Assembly: GCA_018699495.1 (NCBI GenBank)
Contig: JABIQV010000050.1
Coordinates: 3,712-67,711 of the forward strand
Source of the DNA: a bacterium
GTDB taxonomy: Bacteria; Margulisbacteria; Marinamargulisbacteria; JABIPA01
Direction: 5' to 3'
Length of the DNA stretch: 64,000 bases
Shown here one piece after another: positions 45,293 to 54,181 of the stretch (position 1 is the first letter of the stretch; each line of letters begins with the position of its first letter). A program made the position numbers and the translations under genes. The notes under the pieces were generated by a model. That model saw only the letters and a program-made list of their open reading frames with translations, was not told the DNA's origin and did no database searches.

Positions 45293-46414
45293 TTACGTAT
45301 CTTGGTGAGTTTCGTACATCTCTAGAGACCCCATGGTTTCAACCATTTCTGGATATTTAAGTCTCATTTTATCTGCAAAAATATAGTCCAAATGTCCAAT
45401 TGATCGAGGAGAGTATCCTAGTATTTTTTCCCAGACATCAAAGCGTTCCATGCAAAAATACAAGACGGTTTGAGAATCTAAAAACGAATTTAATTTTTTC
45501 ATAAATGATTTGTACATGTTTAATCGAAGTGGTTTTACATACCGTATTTTTCCATCTGGCCCTAAGATCATTTCCTGTGAATGAATATATGATTTGGGAA
45601 AGTTAAGCGCTATTTTTTGTTTCATTTCAGGGTTGAATCGGAGAGACCCAACGGACACCCAAGCAAGACTTTTAGGTGAAATAGTATCAAAGATTTGATC
45701 AATAAGCTCGTGGTAATCGGCTTCCCATTCTGGGTAGTAAATCATTGGATCAAAATGAAGGCCTATCGGATAACCGGCAGCCTCTACCTTTTTCATGGCT
45801 GCCAAACGTTTTTGAAGAGAGGCTGTTTTATGTTCTTGCTCATCAATTATTTTTGCAGGATTGATAGACCATGAAACAACTGTTTTATTACCATGGTCTA
45901 AGTCCAAAATGGTATCAACACAGTCAGATTTTGTTTTTAGTTCTAACACTGCATTTGGTAAGTTTTTAAATGCCATAATGAGCTCGCTAGCTTGATTAAT
46001 GTCTTTTTCAAGAGCAAGAGAGTCACCAAGTTCCCATGTTCCTATTCTAAAGAAGCGCCAGGGCTGTTCTTCTAACCGTTGCTTGACTTCCTCGATAAGT
46101 GACTGAGTATTCCCTACGGCACTCATTGTACCGTTCGTTAGATAATTTTGAAGAAAACAATATGAACAGTCGAAAGGACAATTTGTCACTGATTTGAGTA
46201 CTTTGACATTACAGCATACATACTCGCTGCCTATTGTTGCACAGGTATCAAAACTAGTTCCTTTTTTTTCTTCAACGTACAAGGCCTTTTTTCCTTTTCT
46301 ATAGTCTTTTTCCATCGGTTTTTTTGTCGTCACGATGATGGAGTCTTTGCCTAACTTTTTTGCTAAAGAAGGAGTTTCTGCTGTAATTGGAATGGATAAT
46401 TGTTGTTTTGTCAT
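45293..46414 (-). CDS. splB: Spore-photoproduct-lyase family radical-SAM protein
   Basis: CPFDCSYCFLQNY (CxxxCxxC), RIGTWELGDSLALE, AVLELKTKS, VSWSINP..I...EH.TASL..RL.A..K...AGY..G.HFDP and KIRY.KP are collinear with SplB. Confidence 0.8.
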   Translation of the reverse strand: MTKQQLSIPITAETPSLAKKLGKDSIIVTTKKPMEKDYRKGKKALYVEEKKGTSFDTCATIGSEYVCCNVKVLKSVTNCPFDCSYCFLQNYLTNGTMSAVGNTQSLIEEVKQRLEEQPWRFFRIGTWELGDSLALEKDINQASELIMAFKNLPNAVLELKTKSDCVDTILDLDHGNKTVVSWSINPAKIIDEQEHKTASLQKRLAAMKKVEAAGYPIGLHFDPMIYYPEWEADYHELIDQIFDTISPKSLAWVSVGSLRFNPEMKQKIALNFPKSYIHSQEMILGPDGKIRYVKPLRLNMYKSFMKKLNSFLDSQTVLYFCMERFDVWEKILGYSPRSIGHLDYIFADKMRLKYPEMVETMGSLEMYETHQDT

Positions 46415-46415
46415 G

Positions 46416-47459
46416 TTAGATGGCCTCCAATAGTGAAATTAATTTTTTTTGACAAGCTGGATCCTTTAGGGATGTTAGACAGTTATTTAGATCGGTTTTA
46501 GATTTCACGTTAAAGGTTAAAGAAAATCCGGGTGTTTCGCATCGTTCATCCCATTTAATGTTCGTATCGTTTGGTAAATTTAAGTCATCAACTTTTTCTT
46601 CTATGACCTTGTTGTAGTCATAAAGTGTTTTGTATCTCAATTTTTTTAGTTCATTTTTAAACAACGCTATATCAAGAGTGAAACCTGTGTCTTTTTTTGT
46701 TTCAGGAGCACTTGTTGGTTGAACGGTGTCAAACCCTTCCGTTTCCATGTGGCTGATAAATTTTTCCATTGTCCATGAATATTGAATCAAACAATCATTG
46801 ATAGTTTGGACCCATTGAATAAAAATGCTAGCAGAAACGGGAGTTTTCGTATTTATTGAAAGCACATAATCCATGATTTTTTTGTCAATTTGAGAAATAA
46901 GTTGAATTTGCTTGAGAGAGAATTTTTTTGAATGGCAATATGATAATAGCTCATCGGATAAGCGTGTCAATTTTTGAAGTTTTTCTGGGCGATGATTGAA
47001 TGCTTGAAGATTGAGTAAAGGATATATTTCTTTAAAAAGAGACTCTTTTGATAGTCTTTCATTATTAACAAAGTCCTCAAAAACCCACGAAATATAGTAG
47101 ATTTTTTCAACAGCAGTCAGATCGTGAGAATAATTTTGAAGTTGAAACTTCAAGCAGTCTAAAAATGAATATCCTGATAATTCAATACAGGATAACTGTT
47201 CTGTTTCGGTGTCTATGGACAACAGTTGTTTATCCAATTTGTTGATGTCACTGTTATTACGAAAAGGGTTAGTTAGAGTCTGATATCCATTTTCAGTTTT
47301 ATATACCCATATGACATCTATATCAGTGTGTTCAAATTTGGTGTCAGGTGGCGTTTGATTCATTTTTATGTGATTAAGCATGTGTATGGGTTTGCAAATG
47401 AATGATGACGTGTTGGAATACAGGTCTTCTTTCTGAAGTTTGATAATTTTAAATTCCAT
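46416..47459 (-). CDS. Hypothetical protein (347 aa)
   Basis: Long ORF ending 1 nt before the splB start, so co-oriented and tightly packed. No firm motif. Confidence 0.55.
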   Translation of the reverse strand: MEFKIIKLQKEDLYSNTSSFICKPIHMLNHIKMNQTPPDTKFEHTDIDVIWVYKTENGYQTLTNPFRNNSDINKLDKQLLSIDTETEQLSCIELSGYSFLDCLKFQLQNYSHDLTAVEKIYYISWVFEDFVNNERLSKESLFKEIYPLLNLQAFNHRPEKLQKLTRLSDELLSYCHSKKFSLKQIQLISQIDKKIMDYVLSINTKTPVSASIFIQWVQTINDCLIQYSWTMEKFISHMETEGFDTVQPTSAPETKKDTGFTLDIALFKNELKKLRYKTLYDYNKVIEEKVDDLNLPNDTNIKWDERCETPGFSLTFNVKSKTDLNNCLTSLKDPACQKKLISLLEAI

Positions 47460-47486
47460 AATAAAAAAGAATCATAGCTTTAATAC

Positions 47487-48554
47487 CTAAAAGAATGAAG
47501 GATAATTACCTTTTTTAGACGAGGTATATAAAATTTCAATGACTCCAGAAATTGGCATTAAACAATATTTTGAAAAAATAAGTTTAGTATTCAGACAATA
47601 GTTTCCAATTTTGACCTTTTTAAACGTAACAAAAATATTGGTATCTATTTTTGATGTAGCAATTTTTGACACAGAAATTTGAAGAGGATCGTTTTTATGA
47701 ACAAATCCTCGTTTTTGTTGTTGATCCGGAATTAAATCCGTTGAGGCAGTTCCTAATTTAACTTTTTCGTTCACTATTTTGTTTGAATGAACCCAAATTG
47801 GATCCAGTAGGATTTTGTTGTTTTTATAGATACCTTCAATTTCTTCTAATTTTTTATTTCTGAGAACATATTTGATGGACCCAACCTGGGTTCCTTTTTC
47901 TACAATTTTAGATTTTAGGTGGCCAACATGGTGAAGTATTTTCCGATACGAAACAAAATTTTTATTTCTTTTCAAATAGAAAGGAAAGTTAAGGATTCGT
48001 TTGTCCGAACCTTTTGCCTCGTAGTTCCATTTTAATATACAGTCTTCTTTAGGAAAGTCGTCATGAATAATATTAAAAAAAAGTAGCGCCTCAGGAAGGG
48101 TCAAATGTTGTAAAGACATTATTGGAGTTAAAGAAATGGATTTAGAAGTGGTGGTCATCACGTCTAATAAAGATTGATGCGCTTGCAGAGAGAGTTTTAA
48201 TTCATTTTTAAAAACTGCTTCCTGAGAGAATTCGATTTTATCGTGTTCTTTATTCCATAAATCTTCGGATGAAGAGGGATCTTCTTCAAGAAATTTCGGG
48301 TCGTCAAACAGTATGATTCCAGAGATTTCGTTCCCAAAATTAGAGATTTCGTTATTTCTGTCCACCTCCGAACGAATCTTTTTTTTTGATTTAGAAGATT
48401 TAGATGTTGCACCTGGTTCTGCACGTGAGGTCGCCTGTAAGGATCGGAGGGAAATGGGTGAAATTCTCATAATGAAAAGTCTACGTCTTAGTTGAAAGTT
48501 TCTCAAGAGAGTGACTTTTCTTTCGATATAAATTGAGAAAAATGTTGCATGCAT
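47487..48554 (-). CDS. Hypothetical protein (355 aa from ATG 48554; alternative ATG at 48470)
   Basis: Long ORF 27 nt upstream of the 347-aa gene on the same strand. Basic/Ser-rich N-terminal region. No motif recognised. Confidence 0.5.
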   Translation of the reverse strand: MHATFFSIYIERKVTLLRNFQLRRRLFIMRISPISLRSLQATSRAEPGATSKSSKSKKKIRSEVDRNNEISNFGNEISGIILFDDPKFLEEDPSSSEDLWNKEHDKIEFSQEAVFKNELKLSLQAHQSLLDVMTTTSKSISLTPIMSLQHLTLPEALLFFNIIHDDFPKEDCILKWNYEAKGSDKRILNFPFYLKRNKNFVSYRKILHHVGHLKSKIVEKGTQVGSIKYVLRNKKLEEIEGIYKNNKILLDPIWVHSNKIVNEKVKLGTASTDLIPDQQQKRGFVHKNDPLQISVSKIATSKIDTNIFVTFKKVKIGNYCLNTKLIFSKYCLMPISGVIEILYTSSKKGNYPSFF

Positions 48555-48603
48555 CGTGTACTATATTAGTTGCTCTTAAAAATCACATTTAGTACACTTA
48601 TCT

Positions 48604-49149
48604 ATGATGAATACTAAATTAGTTAAACGAATTTTATTTGGCCTTACTTTAACTTTAGCCGTGGTATTGGCGCGATTAATACCACACGCACCTAATTTCA
48701 CACCTTTGTTAGCAATGACAATATTTTGTGCCGTTAGTGTAGAGGATAAAAAATGGGGATTATTAATGCCTTTAATAGCGATGGGAATAAGTGATATTTT
48801 CTTAGGCTGGCATGCTTCAATGATTTTTGTTTATGGCGCTATTATTTTAGTAGGTGTACTAAGTATATTTCTTTGTAAAAGCCAGAAAATATCATCGGTT
48901 GCTATGGCAACGTTGATCAGTCCATTGGTTTTTTATGGGGTGACTAATTTTGGAGTTTGGGCTGTCACATCGATGTATTCTAAAACATTTATTGGGTTAT
49001 ATATGTCATATATTGCGGGGCTTCCTTTTTTGAAAGTATCAATGAGTAGCACGGTCTTGTTTTCCTGTATTTTATTCGTACCATTTTTTATGCTAAAGCA
49101 GTCGAACATCAGAGAAAAATTATCTGAACGGTTTGTTTTAATTCGCTAA
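48604..49149 (+). CDS. Small polytopic membrane protein (about 5 TM)
   Basis: 181 aa, hydrophobic throughout. The RLIPHAPNFTPL N-terminal motif recalls an uncharacterised membrane-protein family. Function unknown. Confidence 0.6.
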   Translation: MMNTKLVKRILFGLTLTLAVVLARLIPHAPNFTPLLAMTIFCAVSVEDKKWGLLMPLIAMGISDIFLGWHASMIFVYGAIILVGVLSIFLCKSQKISSVAMATLISPLVFYGVTNFGVWAVTSMYSKTFIGLYMSYIAGLPFLKVSMSSTVLFSCILFVPFFMLKQSNIREKLSERFVLIR

Positions 49150-49411
49150 TATTTTTAAATTGGATCTACTCGGTTTTTGAAAAACGTCACTCGTTTTCAT
49201 TGGATCTATTATTCTATAGTTGTTTACTTGTCATAAAACAGGGACCGGTTTATTTATCGTTTATAATAGCTTTTTGACAACTAAGTTTATCCGTCGAGCG
49301 GAATAAGCAACGGACCCTTTTAGACTAGGAACTAGTGAACAAGAGACTAAGACGATAGATGCAGAGAGGTTGCTAAGCAGCACCTTTGAAAATTAGAGTA
49401 TCGGTTGGTGT

Positions 49412-50161
49412 TTAAAGACGAACTTCTTTGCCGGGGTTTGTGTAAACGGTAAACTTTTTATTTCGAGAAAATCCTATTAACGATATGTCGTTAGCAATAG
49501 CATATTCGTATGCAGCTAAGGTCGGAGCAACCCGCGAGATAAATCGAGAGATTCCTAGACGATAGCCTTTCATAACTAAATCAACAGAAAGTTTGGCCGA
49601 AGAAATTAGAATGGGGGTATTACAAAGATTTTTGTCTACTTTGAGACCTCTCCAAATTCCTAATGCTTTGCATACGGCTTGTTCTCCGCTTAAATCCTCC
49701 CCAAAGGCAATAATTGAGTCAGTATCAGCAATCGCAGCACTTTCCGTGATTGCCGTTTGTTTAAACAACATTGCTTTTTCTTGGAAGTAGGCCGTTAACA
49801 AAAATACCTGACTTCTTGTGATAATGAAGTCCTTTTTCTCTGCAGACTTTGAAGATGTCTCGTTTTCTACATTGTCTACAGTAGAAGGCCTGTCTATAGT
49901 TGATTTGGGAGCCTCTATATTAATGGTATAGTCAGGTGAAAAGTCACTAATGGTCAAGCAAGTATCTTTATCAATCAGTCCCTCATAAAGTAAATAACCG
50001 ACACAAAGTTCTTTTTGTTTTGCCCCTGTCGAATAAAGTGTTCGGATATAATTTCCATTAAACGATAATCCAATTTTTGTCTCAGAGCAGAGACAATCAC
50101 CAAACTTTTTAATTTTGTCAAAATTTTGAACACGTTGAACGTCTAGTTTAGTTACCCACAT
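49412..50161 (-). CDS. FdhD-like protein lacking the catalytic Cys loop
   Basis: N-terminal (GLSFNGN...LCVGYLLYEGLI) and C-terminal (ILISSAKLS...ISLIGFSRNKKFTVYT) blocks are collinear with FdhD. No G-C-G-x-C-G loop, and the GRH..LDK motif reads SGEQAVCK. Confidence 0.6.
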   Translation of the reverse strand: MWVTKLDVQRVQNFDKIKKFGDCLCSETKIGLSFNGNYIRTLYSTGAKQKELCVGYLLYEGLIDKDTCLTISDFSPDYTINIEAPKSTIDRPSTVDNVENETSSKSAEKKDFIITRSQVFLLTAYFQEKAMLFKQTAITESAAIADTDSIIAFGEDLSGEQAVCKALGIWRGLKVDKNLCNTPILISSAKLSVDLVMKGYRLGISRFISRVAPTLAAYEYAIANDISLIGFSRNKKFTVYTNPGKEVRL

Positions 50162-50163
50162 AG

Positions 50164-51186
50164 TTAGTTTATCTCCACTATAATTAATGTTTGGTCATCA
50201 GCGATTTCGTCTGTTGCCCCAAATGATTGAACACTTTTGTAAATTAACGTCTCGGCTTCGCTCACTGGCAATAATTTTGTTTCGATAGAAATTTGATGGA
50301 GACGGTCGATTCCAAAAAGCTCGTCAGTTGAATTTTTAGTTTCTAAGAGGCCGTCGGTATATAAAAAGAGCCTGTCTTTTGCTTCAAGTTGCACGTGGCT
50401 TTGCTCATATTCTTCATCTTCATACATTCCTAGAAATAGTCCACCAGTTTCAAGTTCTATAATTTGTTGGTTTCGAATAATGTATGCGGCAGGGTGTCCT
50501 GCTTTTGAGTAAGTTAATAGTTTGGTATCCAAGTTGATACTAACGTAAAACGAGGTGACGTATCGGATATGAGAGTTTTTAATATAGGTGACTAAGTTTT
50601 GGTTTGCTAGTTTCAACACGTCAGATGGTTTCGATGTCGTCTTACTTACTTCATTTATAATTCCTGAGGCCAATGCCATAACTAAGGCAGATGACAGTCC
50701 ATGCCCAGCAACATCTCCAATAACGACTCCTAATACACGGTCGGATTTTTCTTGGTATTGCATAACACCTGGGATACTTGATTTAGAAGTAGAACCGGTC
50801 GTTCCTGAAAGGAAAAAGGAATAAAAATCGCCGCTAACACTGCTTGCAGGAAGGCATTTTTTAGAAATGCATACACCTTCAATGTCTGTGTCGTATACGC
50901 TTAGTAACCCTTGTTGAACACGTTTAGCCATTTTAAGTTCATTATTATAGTCTTCTAATAAAGTATCGAATTGAGCATCTTTAGTGACCGAAATTGTTGG
51001 GTTTTTTAGGGGTGATGGCATCTTTTTATCGTTTAAAAACAGGATTCCAAAACATATTAAGGCAGTTACTATGCTTGTATAAAAATAGAGTAGAGCAGAC
51101 GCATTAAAATAGAGTAAAAAACATTGGCTCAATATGAGAAGCGCCAAAATTAAGTGAAGCCATGATGGTTGTTTATTTTTCGACAT
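50164..51186 (-). CDS. Membrane-anchored PP2C/SpoIIE-family protein phosphatase
   Basis: Two N-terminal hydrophobic segments. PP2C motifs SGDFYSF, GDVAGHGLSSAL, YTDGL and ADDQTLI. Confidence 0.85.
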   Translation of the reverse strand: MSKNKQPSWLHLILALLILSQCFLLYFNASALLYFYTSIVTALICFGILFLNDKKMPSPLKNPTISVTKDAQFDTLLEDYNNELKMAKRVQQGLLSVYDTDIEGVCISKKCLPASSVSGDFYSFFLSGTTGSTSKSSIPGVMQYQEKSDRVLGVVIGDVAGHGLSSALVMALASGIINEVSKTTSKPSDVLKLANQNLVTYIKNSHIRYVTSFYVSINLDTKLLTYSKAGHPAAYIIRNQQIIELETGGLFLGMYEDEEYEQSHVQLEAKDRLFLYTDGLLETKNSTDELFGIDRLHQISIETKLLPVSEAETLIYKSVQSFGATDEIADDQTLIIVEIN

Positions 51187-51418
51187 TAAAAATAAGTTTA
51201 ACTTAAATTGGAGGTAATAAGAATGATTAAATGGTTTATAGCGTACGAGTGATTGTTATGGGACCAATTTGATACTTAATTAAGGATATCTATTGAATGT
51301 GTAAGTTGATTACTATTGTGTATATTAGGTTGTTCGCTATTGCATAAACAAGCGATATATCTTAAAATTTTTGCCTACCTATTTAGACTGATAAAATAGG
51401 TGGAGTCTAATAAATTTG

Positions 51419-51492
51419 GGCGGCATGGCCAAGTGGTAAGGCATGGGTTTGCAAAACCCTGATCCCCAGTTCGACTCTGGGTGCCGCCTCCA
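51419..51492 (+). tRNA. tRNA-Cys (anticodon GCA), CCA encoded
   Basis: Acceptor GGCGGCA / TGCCGCC, anticodon loop TTGCAAA, T-arm CCCAG TTCGACT CTGGG, discriminator U, 3' CCA. Confidence 0.92.
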
Positions 51493-51775
51493 AATTCATA
51501 TCCAAAACCACAAGGTTTAAAATCACAAATATTAAATTTTTTTCGGACGTGTATTACCTTGTCTTATATAAAACCCAGTCGAGGTTTTTCAATCTTTATA
51601 ATTCGTTATACGACTGCCTATTTTATTGCTTAGTGAGCAATATACTGTTCGTATTATCCTTTTTGAATGTAAAAACAACGATATTTAATATAAATGAAAT
51701 TTTTTAATAAACGATACGATAACTAAATGAGACTAATTTATTAAAAATATTAATAATCTTGGAGAATCATTACTT

Positions 51776-52402
51776 ATGGTATATAAAATATTATCTTTAA
51801 ACGATCGATTAGGTGAAAAGTTCAATAGCGGTGTGAATGATATGCAATTTGAATTGGAGTTTAGGCTCCCCAAAAAGAATACTAACGACGGAGCTGGAAT
51901 ATCCTCATCGTCAAATATGGGTAAATTGGACCACTTAAAAAGCGAAGGGTATGATGTAGGCCATGGTATTCATTTAGACCCCTTCTCCTTTATACACACG
52001 CTAGGAGATTTACCATCAGTACAACCATTAGGTGAAATTATCGCTATGGAGGGGAATGGTCTACAATTTCCAATGGATGGTAATTTCTCCGGAAAAGAGT
52101 CCGATTTTTTCGGTTTACCTAGTGATGAAATAGAGGATGGAGAAAGAGAAGTGCATGTTGTAAGTAATGCTTTTATGGATTTTATGGATTTAGGATCCTT
52201 TTCCGATACACACCCGCTAGGATATTTACCAATGCCTGCAATAATTGAAGAACGAGGCGTTATAACGCCTCCCATAACTCAGGGAGGGGATGAAGAAAAC
52301 ATGTGGAGAGACACAGAAAGTCAAGACACTACAATGTCTGCGACAGAGCCGGAACAGGATGGGTCAGGGTCTTTTTGTATCTTTGATATGGACGGTTTCT
52401 AA
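51776..52402 (+). CDS. Acidic hypothetical protein (208 aa)
   Basis: ORF with upstream ggag. Rich in D/E/G/F (DFMDLGSFSD, ends FCIFDMDGF). No homology recognised. Confidence 0.45.
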   Translation: MVYKILSLNDRLGEKFNSGVNDMQFELEFRLPKKNTNDGAGISSSSNMGKLDHLKSEGYDVGHGIHLDPFSFIHTLGDLPSVQPLGEIIAMEGNGLQFPMDGNFSGKESDFFGLPSDEIEDGEREVHVVSNAFMDFMDLGSFSDTHPLGYLPMPAIIEERGVITPPITQGGDEENMWRDTESQDTTMSATEPEQDGSGSFCIFDMDGF

Positions 52403-52833
52403 CCAGAATAGTGTAGGGTAATCTTCTGAATAGCGTTTAGTCTTAATTGTAACAAAGAAGTATCTCCGTATAGATAGACATGCTAACTGTTTTAGAGAAG
52501 AGTTTTATTAAAAGTGACAACCTTGTAAAAAAAATTCCTAAATTATGTACCGGAGTTGTACAAAGTCACAACAAGATAAAGCCCTAATAACTTAACGAAT
52601 AGCCGATTAAATCAAAAAGGTATAGTCCTCTTATTAATTAGCAGAAAAACAGCCCCAGTTATGATAAAGTGACGATGAATAAAGTTATTTAATACGTCAG
52701 AATCTCGAAATAGATTAACCCTCCATTCATTTAAACGAATCGGTTGTCCCCACATGAATTCCCTGGGGAACAACCAAAAATACCACCGTTAGGAAAAAAT
52801 AAGGTCAATCTAATCTTATCGACACTAGATGCG

Positions 52834-54123
52834 CTAGAAAACTCTATTGAAGATCATATCGACATGATTTGTATACTTGTCGAAATTAAAAACAGATTCA
52901 AGATCTTTATCAGAAAGTACATCCGTAATTCTACTATCACTTTTAATTTTTTCATCAAACATAACCCGTTCATCAAACGCGGCATGAGCATTACGTTGAA
53001 CGATTCGGTAGGCATCTTCTCTCAAGATTCCCTTGTTAACAAGTTTCAACAACAGTTGTTGAGAAAAGAAAACGTTATATGAACGGCGAATATTTTCGGC
53101 CATCGCTTTTTCGTTAACTTGCATATCTTTAATCACACGATTCATGATACTGAACATATAATCTAATGTAATTGTCGCGTCTGGAAAAATAATTCGTTCG
53201 GCAGACGAATGACTAATATCACGTTCGTGCCAAAGGTTTTGATTTTCCATTGCAGTTACCGCATATCCACGAATCGTTCGAGATAATCCGGTCACACGTT
53301 CACAGAGTATGGGATTCTTTTTATGAGGCATTGCGGAACTACCTTTTTGTTTTGCTGAAAAAGGTTCAAGTATTTCATTGAATTCCGTTTTTTGTAGTCC
53401 ACGAATCTCGGTCGCAAATTTTTCCAAACTTCCAGCAATAATTGCAAGCGTAGTTATAAATTCTGCATGACGGTCTCTTTGTAAAATTTGAGTAGACGCA
53501 TCCGAAACGGTTAACCCTAGTTTCGTGCACACTTTTTCTTCTAGTATAGGGTCAATATTAGAATAATTTCCAACGGCTCCAGATAGTTTTCCAACATTTA
53601 TTGACGCGGTTGCAGCGACAAGTCGTTTTCTGTTTCGCTTCATTTCCGAATACCATACAGAAAGTTTTAGTCCTAACGTCGTAGGTTCTGCGTGAACCCC
53701 ATGAGTTCGACCCATCATTAATGTTGTTTTATGAGCATAAGCTTGTTTTTTTAACGATTCTAAAAATGAATCGACAGAGGTCAACAGCACTTTAGCAGAA
53801 TCTTTCATAAGTAAGCTAAACGCAGTATCTACAATATCAGACGAGGTTAATCCCATGTGGACGAATCTAGAGCTTGGCCCAATGTTTTCAGCCAAATTAG
53901 TTAAAAAGGCGATCACATCGTGATGAATTTCGGCCTCGATTTTACTTATTCTGTCTACATCGAACGCAGCTTTTTCTTTTATTATGTCGACGTCTTTTTT
54001 AGAGATATTTCCAAGTTCTTGATGCGCTTCGCATGCTGCAATTTCAACATCAAGCCATTTTTGGAATTTGTTTTTTGGTTCCCAGATTGGAAGCATTTCT
54101 GGAGTGCTATATCGTTTAATCAT
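52834..54123 (-). CDS. purB: Adenylosuccinate lyase
   Basis: MIKRYSTPEM..IW....KF..WL.VE, GLTSSDIVDT and SSAMPHKKNP (fumarate-lyase signature); 429 aa. Confidence 0.95.
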   Translation of the reverse strand: MIKRYSTPEMLPIWEPKNKFQKWLDVEIAACEAHQELGNISKKDVDIIKEKAAFDVDRISKIEAEIHHDVIAFLTNLAENIGPSSRFVHMGLTSSDIVDTAFSLLMKDSAKVLLTSVDSFLESLKKQAYAHKTTLMMGRTHGVHAEPTTLGLKLSVWYSEMKRNRKRLVAATASINVGKLSGAVGNYSNIDPILEEKVCTKLGLTVSDASTQILQRDRHAEFITTLAIIAGSLEKFATEIRGLQKTEFNEILEPFSAKQKGSSAMPHKKNPILCERVTGLSRTIRGYAVTAMENQNLWHERDISHSSAERIIFPDATITLDYMFSIMNRVIKDMQVNEKAMAENIRRSYNVFFSQQLLLKLVNKGILREDAYRIVQRNAHAAFDERVMFDEKIKSDSRITDVLSDKDLESVFNFDKYTNHVDMIFNRVF

Positions 54124-54181
54124 GCGCTAAATTTTAGAGAGTAACAGGGGATAATGCAATAGGGATTCAAGTATAAACCGG

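Noticed and set aside
49281-49310. SRP-RNA-like GGAA / AGCA motif (ccgtcgagcggaataagcaacgg)
   Set aside because: The nucleotides flanking the GGAA cannot form the required closing helix, and no 5' or 3' domain partner is found.
49150-49411. Molybdenum-cofactor riboswitch associated with the fdhD-like gene
   Set aside because: The spacer is downstream (3') of the minus-strand gene, not upstream, and the conserved Moco motif was not recognisable on either strand.
52653-52660. 8-nt match (ccccagtt) to the tRNA-Cys T-arm as an att site delimiting an island
   Set aside because: The match is too short to distinguish from chance, and no integrase is present. It is mentioned only as context in the tRNA finding.
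52742-52775. 10-bp bulged hairpin (ggttgtcccc / ggggaacaacc) as the purB terminator
   Set aside because: The hairpin is real, but the only adjacent homopolymer run is an A-tract on the plus strand to its right. That is the wrong side for a U-tract on either strand.
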